In this document: positions 1-11,499 of the stretch, one piece after another
Position numbering within the stretch: position 1 is the first letter of the stretch
Layout: every line of letters starts with the position of its first letter
Assembly: GCF_006345805.1 (NCBI RefSeq)
Contig: NC_042997.1
Location: forward strand, 167,276,001 to 167,340,000
Source: Octopus sinensis
Lineage: Eukaryota
Length of the DNA: 64,000 nt
Direction: 5' to 3'
Position numbers and translations under genes: made by a program
The notes under the pieces: model-generated
Database searches by the model: none
What the model was told of the DNA's origin: nothing
The model's input: only the letters and a program-made list of their open reading frames with translations

Positions 1-70
1 CGCACACATACGTACATAGATGCAAATAGACAAACACAAAAGCATACACACACCACACAAATACACACAC

Positions 71-113
<43 letters not shown>

Positions 114-205
114 GCGCGCACACATACGTACATAGATGCAAATAGACAAACACAAAAGCATACACACACCACACAAATACACACACATTATATATATATA
201 TATAG
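1..205. repeat. Tandem duplication of a ~115-bp microsatellite-rich unit
   Basis: CGCACACATACGTACATAGATGCAAATAGACAAACACAAAAGC occurs at 1 and again at ~117, each followed by (CA)n/(TA)n. Confidence 0.8.
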
Positions 206-616
206 TGTCATGACGTTTGATAAGATGGACGTGTCCTACACGCCCACGTAACTTTAAATCGTGTGAACCTGAGCCAAATTGTTATTAAAAATATATGTAA
301 TTCCAGCCAAATATATTAAGGGCTAATTTCTCTTGTTTGTTCCCCCACTTGTACAAACACAAACACACACACACACAAACACACGCACAGATACACACAC
401 ACACACGCACGCATATACACAAAATGTTTAAATTTTGGACTAAAACTTCGAATCTAATCGCTCCGATACACAATACTAAGTAATTGAGGCGGAACCGGTT
501 TCTAGAAAAGGTTGATTATCCTTGATTGGTGATGAGACTCTTCATTTGCAAGTTCGAATGGTTACGGCGGAGTATGTACCTTGGAAACTGGCCAGAGTTG
601 CTGAACGAGGAAAAGG

Positions 617-667
617 ATGACATCACGATGGAAAGGATGACGTCACGATGGAAAAGATGACGTCACT
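617..667. repeat. 20-bp minisatellite, ~2.5 copies
   Basis: GATGACATCACGATGGAAAG / GATGACGTCACGATGGAAAA / GATGACGTCAC. Confidence 0.75.
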
Positions 668-742
668 CAGCTTTTAAGAAAAAAACGTGCCAGGAAGGAG
701 AGAGAGAGAGAGCGACAGACAGACACACTGAAATGAAAAAGA

Positions 743-1158
743 TGTGGCTGTGTGACGAGAAGTTTGCTTTCCAACCACATGTTTTCGGGTTCGGTCCCAC
801 AGCGTGGCACCTTGGGCTAGTGTCTGTAATTATAGCCTCGGGCAGACCAAAGCCTTGTGAGTGAAATTGGTAAACGGTACTGAAAGAATCCGTCGCATGT
901 GTGTGTATGTGTGTGTGCGTGTGTTTGTGTATGAGTGTGTGTATGTGTGTGTGTGTGTGTGTGTATGTGTGTGTGTGTGTATGAGTGTGCGTGTGTCCCA
1001 CCACTGCTTGACAACTGGTATTGTGTTTACGTCCCCGTAAGTTAGTGGTCCGGCAAAAAAGTACTAGGGTTGATTCATTCGACTAAAAAAAAACTTCAAG
1101 GTGGTGCTCCAGCATGGCCGCAATCTAATGACTAAAACAAGTAAAAGGTAAAAGAGAG
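743..1158 (+). mobile_element. SINE family A (tRNA-like head, internal microsatellite, GTAAAAGA tail), diverged copy
   Basis: Aligns end to end with 1210-1677; internal (TG)n block; partial deletion in 3' half. Confidence 0.8.
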
Positions 1159-1209
1159 ACAAACAGGTGAATGAGAAATCTCCGTAACCGCACACTGATT
1201 TGGAGTCAT

Positions 1210-1378
1210 GGCGCAGGAGTGGCTGTGTGGTAAGTAGCTTGTTTACCAACCACACGGTTCCGGGTTCAGTCCCACTGCGTGCTACCTACCTTGGGCAAGT
1301 GTCTTCTACTATAGCCTCGGGCCGACCAAAGCCTTGTGAGTGGATTTGGTAGACGGAAACTGAAAGAAGCCCGTCGTA

Positions 1379-1450
<72 letters not shown>

Positions 1451-1677
1451 TGTGTGTGTTTGTGTGTCTGTGTTTGTCCCCCTAGCATTGCTTGACAACC
1501 GATGCTGGTGCGTTTATGTCCCCGTTACTTAGCGGTTCGGCAAAAGAGACCGATAGAATAAGTACTGGGCTTACAAAAGAATAAGTCCCGGGGTCGAGTT
1601 GCTCGATTAAAGGCGGTGCTCCAGCATGGCCGCAGTCAAATGACTGAAACAAGTAAAAGAGTAAAAGAGTAAAAGAG
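1210..1677 (+). mobile_element. SINE family A, full-length
   Basis: GGCGCAGGAGTGGCTGTGTGGTAAG head with B-box-like GGTTCAGTCCC, CORE-like CCTTGGGCAAGTGTCTT, internal (TA)n(TG)n, tail (GTAAAAGA)n; more than 12 copies in the window. Confidence 0.9.
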
Positions 1678-1810
1678 ATGTGTTGCTAATTAAGTGCAGT
1701 ACGTTCTTTGTGTGTGTTTGTGTGTGTAAGTGTTGTGGATATGTATATATTTGTGTGCAGGCGTCTACGTGTGTGTATGCCTATTCGCTTTTGATATTCA
1801 TACATAATCA

Positions 1811-2188
1811 GGCGCAATAGCCCAGTGGTTAGGGCAGCGGACTCGCTGTCATAGGATCGCGGTTTCGATTCCCAGACCGGGCGTTGTGAGTGTTTATTGA
1901 GCGAAAACACCTAAAGCTCCACGAGGCTCCGGCAGGGATGGTGGTGATCCCTGCTGCACTCTTTCACCACAACTTTCTCTCACTCTTACTTCCTGTTTCT
2001 GTTGTACCTGTATTTCAAAGGGCCGGCCTTGTCACTCTCTGTGTCACACTGAATATCCCCGGGAACTACGTTAAGGGTACACGTGTCTGTGGAGTGCTCA
2101 ACCACTTGCACGTTAATTTCATGAGCAGGCTGTTCCGTTGATCGGATCAACCGGAACCCTCGTCGTCGTAACCGACGGAGTGCTTCCA
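1811..2188 (+). mobile_element. SINE family D (tRNA-derived)
   Basis: A-box TAGCCCAGTGG and B-box GGTTTCGATTCC; 5' ~170 bp shared with 63223-63395. Confidence 0.8.
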
Positions 2189-2557
2189 TTATCAATCCAA
2201 CGCGTAAAGCCCTGAAGCACAAACACAACTGACACATCCGCCCCAAAGATATCGTCTCTGAGATGGATATAATTTGCACACCGGACCGCTGTGACTTATA
2301 TACCAGCCTAAAGATATGGCAATGAGATAAAGAAAGAATAGTAACGAAAAACAATAGCATTAACAGCGACAGAAATATGAATGACAGATTTAATTCCAAA
2401 CTCAACACCAAAGGTGAAGACAGCAACAATAAGTTACAGTTTATATCTTTATGCATATATGAGTTTGTTTGTGCGTATGTGAGTGTGCGTGTATGTTTGT
2501 ACTATATGGTTTGCGTGTATGAAATATTTCTATGTATCAATATATTTATATATGTAA

Positions 2558-2773
2558 GGCGGCGAGCTGGCAGAGACGTTAGCACGCCGGGCGATATGCT
2601 TAGTGGTATTTCGTCTGCCGTTACATTGTGAGTTCAAATTCCGCCGAGGTCGACTTTGCCTTCCATCCTTTCGGGAGTCAATTAAATAAGTACCATTTAT
2701 GCACCGGGGTCGATGTAATCGACTTAATCCCTTTGTCTGTCCTTGTTTGTCCCCTCTGTGTTTAGCCCCCTGT
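2558..2773 (+). mobile_element. SINE family B
   Basis: GGCGGCGAGCTGGCAGA head, GAGTTCAAATTCC B-box, central GGTCGACTTTGCCTTCCATCCTTTCGGG..ATAAGTACC (resembles Meta/Sauria-type central domain, from memory); more than 15 copies. Confidence 0.85.
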
Positions 2774-2884
2774 AAATATAAATATATTTATATATATGTG
2801 TATGTTTAGGTATGTGTGTAAAATATTTAAATACATATATATTTGTTTATTTATATACATGCATTTATGTTGGTGTGTGTGTAT

Positions 2885-2916
<32 letters not shown>

Positions 2917-3975
2917 TCACTCACATACGTACATATATGCATGTATACACAAAAATCAAACCAGACTCTAAAAAATATGGCAGTAGGAAGTCTCCTCTTA
3001 CATTAAGACAATATCTCACAAAGCATACATAATTTTGTTTTGAGTTCTGCTGTATTGTACATGAAATATTGTTTAATTAATGACGAGTTGTCGAAAGCAC
3101 AAATATACAAATAATCCATTACGGTACTAGTCTAATTTATGACTGCTTTATAAAACAGCTGATTTATGGTGTTGTCTCGGGAAGGGGGCCGAGAAAGTTT
3201 TCTTGCTCAATAGACCGGTAAGTAGACCTCCAGAAGACACCCACCTGCTTGCTTTGCCCGTACATTGATAGCGTAGGAAAAAACGCTTGCATTATTTCAC
3301 CCCAGTGAGTCTTTGTAATATCTAAATTTATTTCAGCTCCTCTGATTAACGATGTGTTGCACGCTACATATATGTGAGTTTGCATATGTGTATGTATGAG
3401 GCGTAAGTGTATGTATAAGTGCGTGCGAGTGTGTGTGTGTGTTGTATATATGTGTGTGTGTGTGTGTGCGTGTGTGTGTGTGTGTATTAACTCAATATTA
3501 CACACACACATACATATACAATTATATTAAACACTTATAATAGAAAATTGTGTTGTCTGTAATGCAATATGTAAAGAATATTGACATAATGCATGATTCA
3601 CATTCTCTTTAATCGGTGCTTGGGTGTAGCAGAAGATCACTTCTTTGACACGATCAGTGATTGTGTAGAACAAGTCTAGATTGTTATCAACCGATCGGAC
3701 GATATTTAGAAAGTTTCTCATTACAGAGGTGGTGCCAATTTGACGTGATGAGTCAAACATTTTTTGTATGACACCTGCATGCGAAAGGTTAAGATTGATG
3801 CGCTACGGTATCACTATTAGAAGTGACAGCAAATTAATTTCCGAAAGAACAGCCAGTAAGACATAAATAAGTAATCGCTATAACAGCGTATCACGCACTA
3901 TCACATTTGTTATTCAATTATGCATCACTGACTGTCCCACTCCTAAATTAACAAGCTCACTGTCACCTCTAACAG

Positions 3976-4009
<34 letters not shown>

Positions 4010-4066
4010 GTAGATGACCGCTCTACTCATCATACTTAACCTTCCGCATATTCTTTCTGCGATTAT

Positions 4067-4246
4067 GCACAAGGCTTAAAGTTTTGGGAGAAAGAGTTAG
4101 GCGATTACCCCGACCCCAGTGCTCAACTGGTACTTATTTCATCTACCGACGAAACGATGAAAAGCAAAGTCAACCTCGGTGGGATTTGAACTTAGACGAG
4201 ATGCCTTTGAGCATTTTGTCCAGCGTGCTAACGATTCTGCCGACTC
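4067..4246 (-). mobile_element. SINE family B, diverged
   Basis: Reverse complement of the family B central domain and head. Confidence 0.7.
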
Positions 4247-5259
4247 ATCATACAGGTGTCATATGCATGGCTGTTTGATTGATCACGTCGAATAGACACC
4301 AACTCTGAAATCAAAATATCAAGGGAACATTATCTAGTCTCTTTCAATAGCAAATATTCATAATCGCATACATACACACAGAGGGAGAGAGCGAGAGAGA
4401 CATAAGGTTGCGAACCAAACCAGAAGTTATATTATAGACAGACAGATTTTACACAAATTATGATACTGATTACCCTGGAGCCCAACTTGGCTATCGTCGC
4501 CAGTTTCCTAAGCCTCTACACATAAAATTAATACAAAATTAATACAAATGTTGAGGACCACAATTTATTGATGCTTCTTGTCAGTCTCACGTATATATTG
4601 GGGGTATAGAGGATGTCATAATGATGCCTCTACGATTCCATTAAAAGTTGAGGGCAAAAGTAAGCAAGCATGCAAAGACTGAGACATTTGTACAACTCTT
4701 TATAATACTTCTTCTCCATCTCTCTCTCCCCCTCTCGCTCTCTCCTTCTCCAGTTCCCTCACTATTACCCCTTTCTCTCTCTCCCTCTTTCTCTCTCTTT
4801 CTTCCGCCTCTCTCAGCACAAACACTGCTTTCTCCTCCCTTATACCTATAGCATCAGAGAAAAGGAAACGAATAAACAAAAAGAAAAAAGAGGCACGTGA
4901 CGTGGCATTTTATAACATTGATTGTTAGTTATGGTTGAACGCTGAATACATGTTTACATTTCAAACAAAGCAAAACGTGCATACATAGTTTATATGTGGG
5001 AGAAAATGGAAATGTAGATACTTGGTGGCGCTTCTTGCTGACATCTGGCTTTGTTTAAAATGTAAACATGTATTTGTGATACAATCTCACGTCAGGCAAC
5101 AATAAATGGGATTTAATTAGAGATTTTGTGATGCTTCTCGATCTTAATAACCATCATTACCTTCATAGACGCTAACTTCCGAAACTATCTTCTTACCAAC
5201 CTCATCACTACCACAACCGATACCGCCGCCTCAACAATGCATTCTAAGGGCCAACTGGG

Positions 5260-5465
5260 GAATCTTTACATAACAACTCAAACTGCTAGAAATAGTAATC
5301 AAATCTCCTTCAAATCATAAGTCATAGTGATTTGGGCGATATAGTTCTTAATAAGAAGAAAAAACAAAACAAAACAAAACAAAGTATCACAGGATAATCA
5401 CGTCCAAAACAACACCTTTGATCAAATGTCTGCTCAACCAGGATTGACCTGGGGTTAAACAACAG
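5260..5465 (+). mobile_element. Dispersed repeat family F (probable SINE remnant)
   Basis: CTGCTAGAAATAG..CAAATCTCC..CTTTGATC..CTGCTC..GACCTGGGGTTAAACAAC; similar pieces near 21020-21200, 17840-17920(-) and 53740-53820. Confidence 0.45.
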
Positions 5466-5584
5466 TGCATTCTTAACATTATCTTAATGGACACTTCCAC
5501 GACTACCTTTACCGTGAATACTAACCCCCACCTACACTAGCGCCACCTTCATTCATGCAGCAACACTATCATATTCGCGGTCAG

Positions 5585-6545
5585 TAACTCCACCACCACC
5601 ACCACCACCACCACCATCATCATCACCACAATCACCACCGCCGCCGCTACCGCCACCACCATCACCACAACCACCACCGCCGCCGTTACCGCCACCACCA
5701 CCCACCACCACCACAACCGCCACTACTAACAGACACTACATTCCAGCGCTACCTCAATTTCCCATTGCCAACAACAAAACACCATCACCACTACTACCAT
5801 TACAACCAGCGCCACCACTACCATCACCGCCACCACCATCACCACCACCACCACCACTACCACCACACCACTATCATCACAACACCCACCACCACCACTA
5901 CCATAACAATCACCACCATTTCCGCACCATCACCATCACCACCACCACCACCACCACTACAAACACCACTACGACTACTACCTCCACCACCACTACTACC
6001 GCACCATCTCCACTACGACAGCACCACTATCAACACCACCATCACCACCACCACCACTACCATAAGCATTACCACCACTACCGTACCATTACCACCATCA
6101 TTATTAGCATTACTGATTGCGACCACCACCACTAACACCACCATCCCTACAATAGCACCACTATCACCACCGCCATCACCAACACCATTACAATACCACT
6201 ACAACTACTACTACTACCACCACCACCACCATAACCGTCACCACCACTACTGCACCATCACCACTACGACAGTACAACTATCCCCACAACCATCACCACC
6301 ACCACAACCACAACCACCACCACCACTACCATAACCATCACCACCACCATTACAGATTACGACCACCACTACCACTAACACCATCACCACCACTACTACG
6401 ACTACGACGACGACGACCACCACCACCACAACCACCACCATGCCTTTTCCAAACAAACCCTACGGAGTCTACCACTGTCATCACTACCATCTCAATTACC
6501 CTCGGCAAAGTTCCCCACTATACCATTCCACCACCACCACCGCCA
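5585..6545. repeat. ~1-kb cryptic (ACC/ACT/ATC)n trinucleotide repeat
   Basis: Degenerate CAC/CAT/TAC triplets throughout; source of the poly-T/H/P pseudo-ORFs. Confidence 0.9.
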
Positions 6546-7068
6546 GCGATTCCGCGTAACGACCCTACCATCGCCCGTCAATGGTAAATCAGTTCCTTTC
6601 AGCTAGTTCTCTAAATAGTACTTCATTGTTCATTCGTTATTAACCGAAGTTATCTATTTCTTGTCATAGACGGTCCCTTATCAGTATGGGGGGGTACGGG
6701 TGAGGACCACTGACAACTTGTGTTCCCCTTCCTCCAACCACCTTACCTTACACTAGCCCCTACCAACGCACATTCCCATACTCGCTTCTGTAACGGACAA
6801 ATTAAGAAGTGAGTCGTGCAAACATCAGATAAATTATGCCATAGTCCTTTATTTTTTTCTAGTTAAAAGAAAAACGTGACACATAAACATATTAGTATAT
6901 TCACACACACACGCACACACACATATGTATACACACATGACACTGACACACACACGCACACACGCACACACTTATACAGGGACTTTACCCATAAAATGTG
7001 TACGTATGCATGTATATGTATGTATGCATTTTTGCCCATGTGTGTGTGTATGTATATATGTATGTGTG

Positions 7069-7127
<59 letters not shown>

Positions 7128-7129
7128 GA

Positions 7130-7300
7130 TAATTCACACAAAAAACAAACAAAAGCCGAAGACAGGTGGTGTAGACAACAAGCAGATGTATTAGTTTAAC
7201 GATCGGGAAGTGAAGAAGTCTTTAACGTTTCGAGCCTACGCTCTTCCACAGAAAGGAACAGGGAAAGAAACAGGGAGAGAAAATAAAGAATGTGTAGTGG
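7130..7300 (-). mobile_element. Hammerhead-bearing short dispersed repeat (family H2; Penelope pLTR/retrozyme-like)
   Basis: Reverse complement homologous to 56612-56800 and 27690-27845; contains CTGTGGAA-GAGC-GTAG-GCTC-GAAACGTT. Confidence 0.65.
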
Positions 7301-8045
7301 CTGAATAACAAGAAGTTGATTGTTATTACCGTAAGGTGAGATGCGATTGGTCGAGGACGGTCACGCAGTGTCGCGGTTTGATATTGGTATATGGGTAACA
7401 GTTAGTTGGAAAATACCGCGTGGTAAATAGGAAATCAACCGTGTGGTGGAGAGGAAATCGGTCGGGTTGTTAGCAGCTCTTCTTGTTTGTTCTCGTTGTC
7501 CTGTTTGTGTTACCAATTTTGACCCTCCGCAAAATCCCAAGTTTTATTTGATTTGCTTGGCGGGAGCAACTGTTTTACAGAAAGCGTATATTGTTGTTAA
7601 ATTCTCGCAATACGAGAGTATAAAAACAGCCAACAACTGATGAAGGGTCGTTCTTTATGATGTCTTGTTTTCCATTTGTGTCTTTCGTTGTTCTAAAAAT
7701 TAGTTAATATTCCATGTACTCGTACTTCGTATTTTTTTTGTTGTACACGTTTGATGACGTCCTGTGCCCACATATGCATATATATATATATATATGTATG
7801 TATGTATGTGTGTGTGTGTGTATAATGTACGTCTAGATGTCAGTATGTACATGTACGTATGTATATATGCATATATATATATATATTATATATATATATA
7901 TATATATGTATGTATATATAAATATTAGTTGACCGCTTATTAGCTCCATGAGGCCATCGCCTTAAGTTAGCTATTTGATACACAAGCTGTATCCATATAA
8001 CCTTTGAACAAGGGAGGTCAGTCGCTCCACACTACTTGGCCGGCA

Positions 8046-8087
8046 GCTACAGACGCGTTTCGGGGTATTGCCCCTTTTCAATGCAGC
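8046..8087 (-). ncRNA. Putative minimal type I hammerhead ribozyme (U3-A8 variant), copy 1
   Basis: GCTGCA-TTGAAAA-GGGG-CAATA-CCCC-GAAA-CGCG-TC-TGTAGC on the minus strand. Confidence 0.65.
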
Positions 8088-8399
8088 GTAGCCAAACCAG
8101 TAGGTGTCGCTTCCGACAATCTCTGTTCAAAGGTTTTATTTACCTAGCTTCGGTGGAATACATCCACTTGTTTTCAATAATAGAAATATTAAGTCTCTCT
8201 AAAAGAGAACAACGGCAGCGTTCCCGGAAAATATTAGTTATCGCCATACTAATATGGCATTCTTATAAAAATAAGAAAAAAGCTGACCGCTTATTAGCTC
8301 CATGAGGCCATCGCCTTAAGTTAGCTATTTGATACACAATCTGTATCCATATAACCTTTGAACAAGGGAGGTCAGTCGCTCCACACTACTTGGCCGGCA

Positions 8400-8441
8400 G
8401 CTACAGACGCGTTTCGGGGTATTGCCCCTTTTCAATGCAGC
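8400..8441 (-). ncRNA. Putative hammerhead ribozyme, copy 2
   Basis: Identical 42-nt motif. Confidence 0.65.
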
Positions 8442-8761
8442 GTAGCCAGCCAGTAGGTGTCGCTTCCGACAATCTCTGTTCAAAGGTTTTATTTACCTAG
8501 CTTCGGTGGAATACATCCACTTGTTTTCAATAATAGAAATATTAAAATTACTAAGTCTCTCTAAAAGAGAACAACGGCAGCGTTCCCGGAAAATATTAGT
8601 TATCGCCATACTAATATGGCATTCTTATAAAAATAAGAAAAAAGCTGACCGCTTATTAGCTCCATGAGGCCATCGCCTTAAGTTAGCTATTTGATACACA
8701 AACTGTATCCATATAACCTTTGAACAAGGGAGGTCAGTCGCTCCACACTACTTGGCCGGCA

Positions 8762-8803
8762 GCTACAGACGCGTTTCGGGGTATTGCCCCTTTTCAATGC
8801 AGC
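8762..8803 (-). ncRNA. Putative hammerhead ribozyme, copy 3
   Basis: Identical 42-nt motif. Confidence 0.65.
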
Positions 8804-9005
8804 GTAGCCAAACCAGTAGGTGTCGCTTCCGACAATCTCTGTTCAAAGGTTTTATTTACCTAGCTTCGGTGGAATACATCCACTTGTTTTCAATAATAGA
8901 AATATATTTCTATTATTGAAAACAAGTGGATGTATTCCACCGAAGCTAGGTAAATAAAACCTTTGAACAGAGATTGTCGGAAGCGACACCTACTGGTTTG
9001 GCTAC

Positions 9006-9047
9006 GCTGCATTGAAAAGGGGCAATACCCCGAAACGCGTCTGTAGC
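9006..9047 (+). ncRNA. Putative hammerhead ribozyme, copy 4 (inverted arm)
   Basis: Stem I 9006-9011/9042-9047, core 9012-9018, stem II 9019-9022/9028-9031, GAAA 9032-9035, predicted GUC cleavage after 9041. Confidence 0.65.
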
Positions 9048-9338
9048 TGCCGGCCAAGTAGTGTGGAGCGACTGACCTCCCTTGTTCAAAGGTTATATGG
9101 ATACAGTTTGTGTATCAAATAGCTAACTTAAGGCGATGGCCTCATGGAGCTAATAAGCGGTCAGCTTTTTTCTTATTTTTATAAGAATGCCATATTAGTA
9201 TGGCGATAACTAATATTTTCCGGGAACGCTGCCGTTGTTCTCTTTTAGAGAGACTTAGTAATTTTAATATTTCTATTATGTATATATATATATATATATA
9301 TATTGAACGCCACACATCCATTTCCAAGTAAATATATA

Positions 9339-9502
9339 TACGACAGGCTTCTTTCAGTTTCTGCCTACCAAATCCATTCACAAAGCTTTAGTCGGCCCGA
9401 GGCTAAAACAGAAGACACTTACCCAAGGTGCCACGCAGTGGGACTGAACTCGGAACCATGTGGTTGAGAAGTAAGCTTCTTACCACACACCCACTCCTGC
9501 GA
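9339..9502 (-). mobile_element. SINE family A, 5' half
   Basis: Reverse complement of the family A head up to the microsatellite. Confidence 0.8.
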
Positions 9503-11499
9503 CTATATATATGTGGTTGTGTGTATGTATGTATATAAAGTCGTGACTATGTGGTTAAAAGATTTCTTCCCAGTCATATGATTCCAGGTTCGGTCCCACT
9601 GCGTGGCACTTCATATATATATATATATATATAAAACATTTGAAAAGCCCCGTAGACACAAATAGATATAAGCTTAGATTTACTTAGATTTATATTAATA
9701 CCGAAAAAGATATTGAAGAGACTCTAAAGTAAAAGACTGAAGGCGGAGTCAGTTGCCGGAAATATATAATGTATTATGTTTCGTTTAACACGTTTTATAA
9801 TGCGAAACATAATGTACAATTTCAATATATTCCCAAACAGTCTTAGAAATAACGTACACACACACATATAAATATAATACATATATATGTGACTGTGTGT
9901 GTAAATGTTTGTGAGTCTATGTGCGTGTATTTGTTTGTGCGTGTGTGTGTGTACAAGTGTGTGTGTGATAATTTTATAGTGAAACGCAGACACACTCGTA
10001 GAATCGGATTAGTAATTAGCTGCGACTAATAGATCAAACGTGCTGTCTGTTGATGTTTAAGTGCATTTGTGAATCGATTGTCCTTCAATATGTGCGGTAA
10101 AAGTTGTTGAGGTGTTGCGCGTTACTCCTTAATATTTCTGTCTCCTATGTAGATAGTGAACTAGGCAGCTGCTACTTCCCGTCTGTCATTTTGCGGTCTG
10201 TTTTGTAGATGATTGATGCATGATTGGAGTAGTTGCACAGTTTTGTCTGGAGAATGATGAAAGATATGTCTATGACACCATCTGCTGACGAAGAAGTCCA
10301 TATAGTTATCAGGAGTATGAAAAGTTGGTTCAGATATAGTTTTAAAAATGTGGACGAGAGTGTGGATCCTGGGGCATTCCATTTCAGAAATCACAGGTTC
10401 TGAATGTATTGATGCAAATCATTTATACTTCAAAGCATGACAGCCACTTCGTTATTCATCGTCTTGAATTACTTAAGGAAATGTTTAGTATTTTGTTTAT
10501 AAATAGTGCATGAAGTTATTGACCATTTGTTCGCTATTTTGTTACTTTTATTGGTGTCAAACATTCTATATAAGTTTCTTAGGTACCATTTTGGTTGAGT
10601 ATAATGGCCTAAGTCAGTGTATCAGTGATCCGTTTTTTGTTAGGTTTTAACATTTATGCCACTTTACAAACTCCTCAGATTTGGCGGTAGCAGTATCGTT
10701 AGTCGAAGATATTGATGAATGCAATAATTCAGGCTCTATGCATTTAAACTTTACCGTATTTCATGGATTGTAAAATACGCTATGAAAAAGATCTCAGTCT
10801 ATGAAAAATATCTGTTTTGATAGCACATTTTTGAAACATCACTTACCAGTAACCCAAACCCTAATCTTGTTTTTATAAGTCATACGCAAACTTCCTGGGA
10901 CCATTTTTGGAAAAAGTGCGCTTTATAATCTGTAAAATGTTAATTTTAATCAGTCCCTGGTGCTTTGAAGCATTACAGTTCCCTATCGCTTTTAAAGTAT
11001 AACGAGAGGTTGAAGTCAAAGTTTGTATCTACGTGTCGTCTGTAAAGAACATTTTATATGTATGTGGGATAAAATTTTGTATTTATGCGGGCATAAAATT
11101 ATGAGAGCAGCACTTCAACATAATTAAATTCATATCTAGTTACCTACAACGCTATCAAACACAATCATATTCATAATATATACACGTATTCGTACAGTGG
11201 ACATCATAAGTTCATGCTTGAAATATAGATATTTTCTAAGAGCTCAAATATGAGCGATAATCAAAATGCAGTAAGATAAAAAGAAAATTAATAAGTGTTT
11301 AAAATAGGTGATAAAAATTCGTTTGGTATTACATTTATTTTTTTCAAAAAATTTTCTGTAGTTTTAATTTTAATGACCCTAATGTTTAATACTACAAATA
11401 AATAATTGCAAAATTCTGCTCAGATTCATTTTCATCCAGGCGAGATCAATATATTTTTGATAGTATTACGCCAGTCACGATATTACAGAGGGAAAGTGA

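Larger units (their letters stand above)
7931..9279. repeat. Tandem array of a 354-362 bp hammerhead-containing unit (2.7 direct copies) plus one inverted copy
   Basis: GACCGCTTATTAGCTCC recurs at 7931, 8285, 8647; 8530-8904 is mirrored by 8905-9279; flanked by (TA)n on both sides. Confidence 0.95.

Noticed and set aside
1811-1885. tRNA-like sequences at SINE heads (also 33962 and 63223)
   Set aside because: A and B boxes are present, but no complete cloverleaf was identified and each continues into a SINE body
3160-3380. Splice-like signals (CCG|GTAAGT near 3217, TTTATTTCAG| near 3337) and ORF 3164-3511
   Set aside because: The putative downstream exon hits stops in the frames I read and there is no recognisable protein; not supportable without RNA data
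5765-6456. 189-aa His/Thr/Pro-rich ORF and antisense poly-Val ORF
   Set aside because: Translation of a cryptic trinucleotide repeat; no non-repetitive coding signal
7931-8904. CRISPR-like or conventional centromeric satellite interpretation of the tandem arrays
   Set aside because: Eukaryotic context, no unique spacers, and only about three units
9735-9775. CTGAAGG-CGG..CCG-GAAA motif
   Set aside because: No stem I or stem III pairing and no valid cleavage triplet
10000-10440. Possible retroelement-derived coding remnant
   Set aside because: Translations gave only vague similarity; no motif strong enough to call
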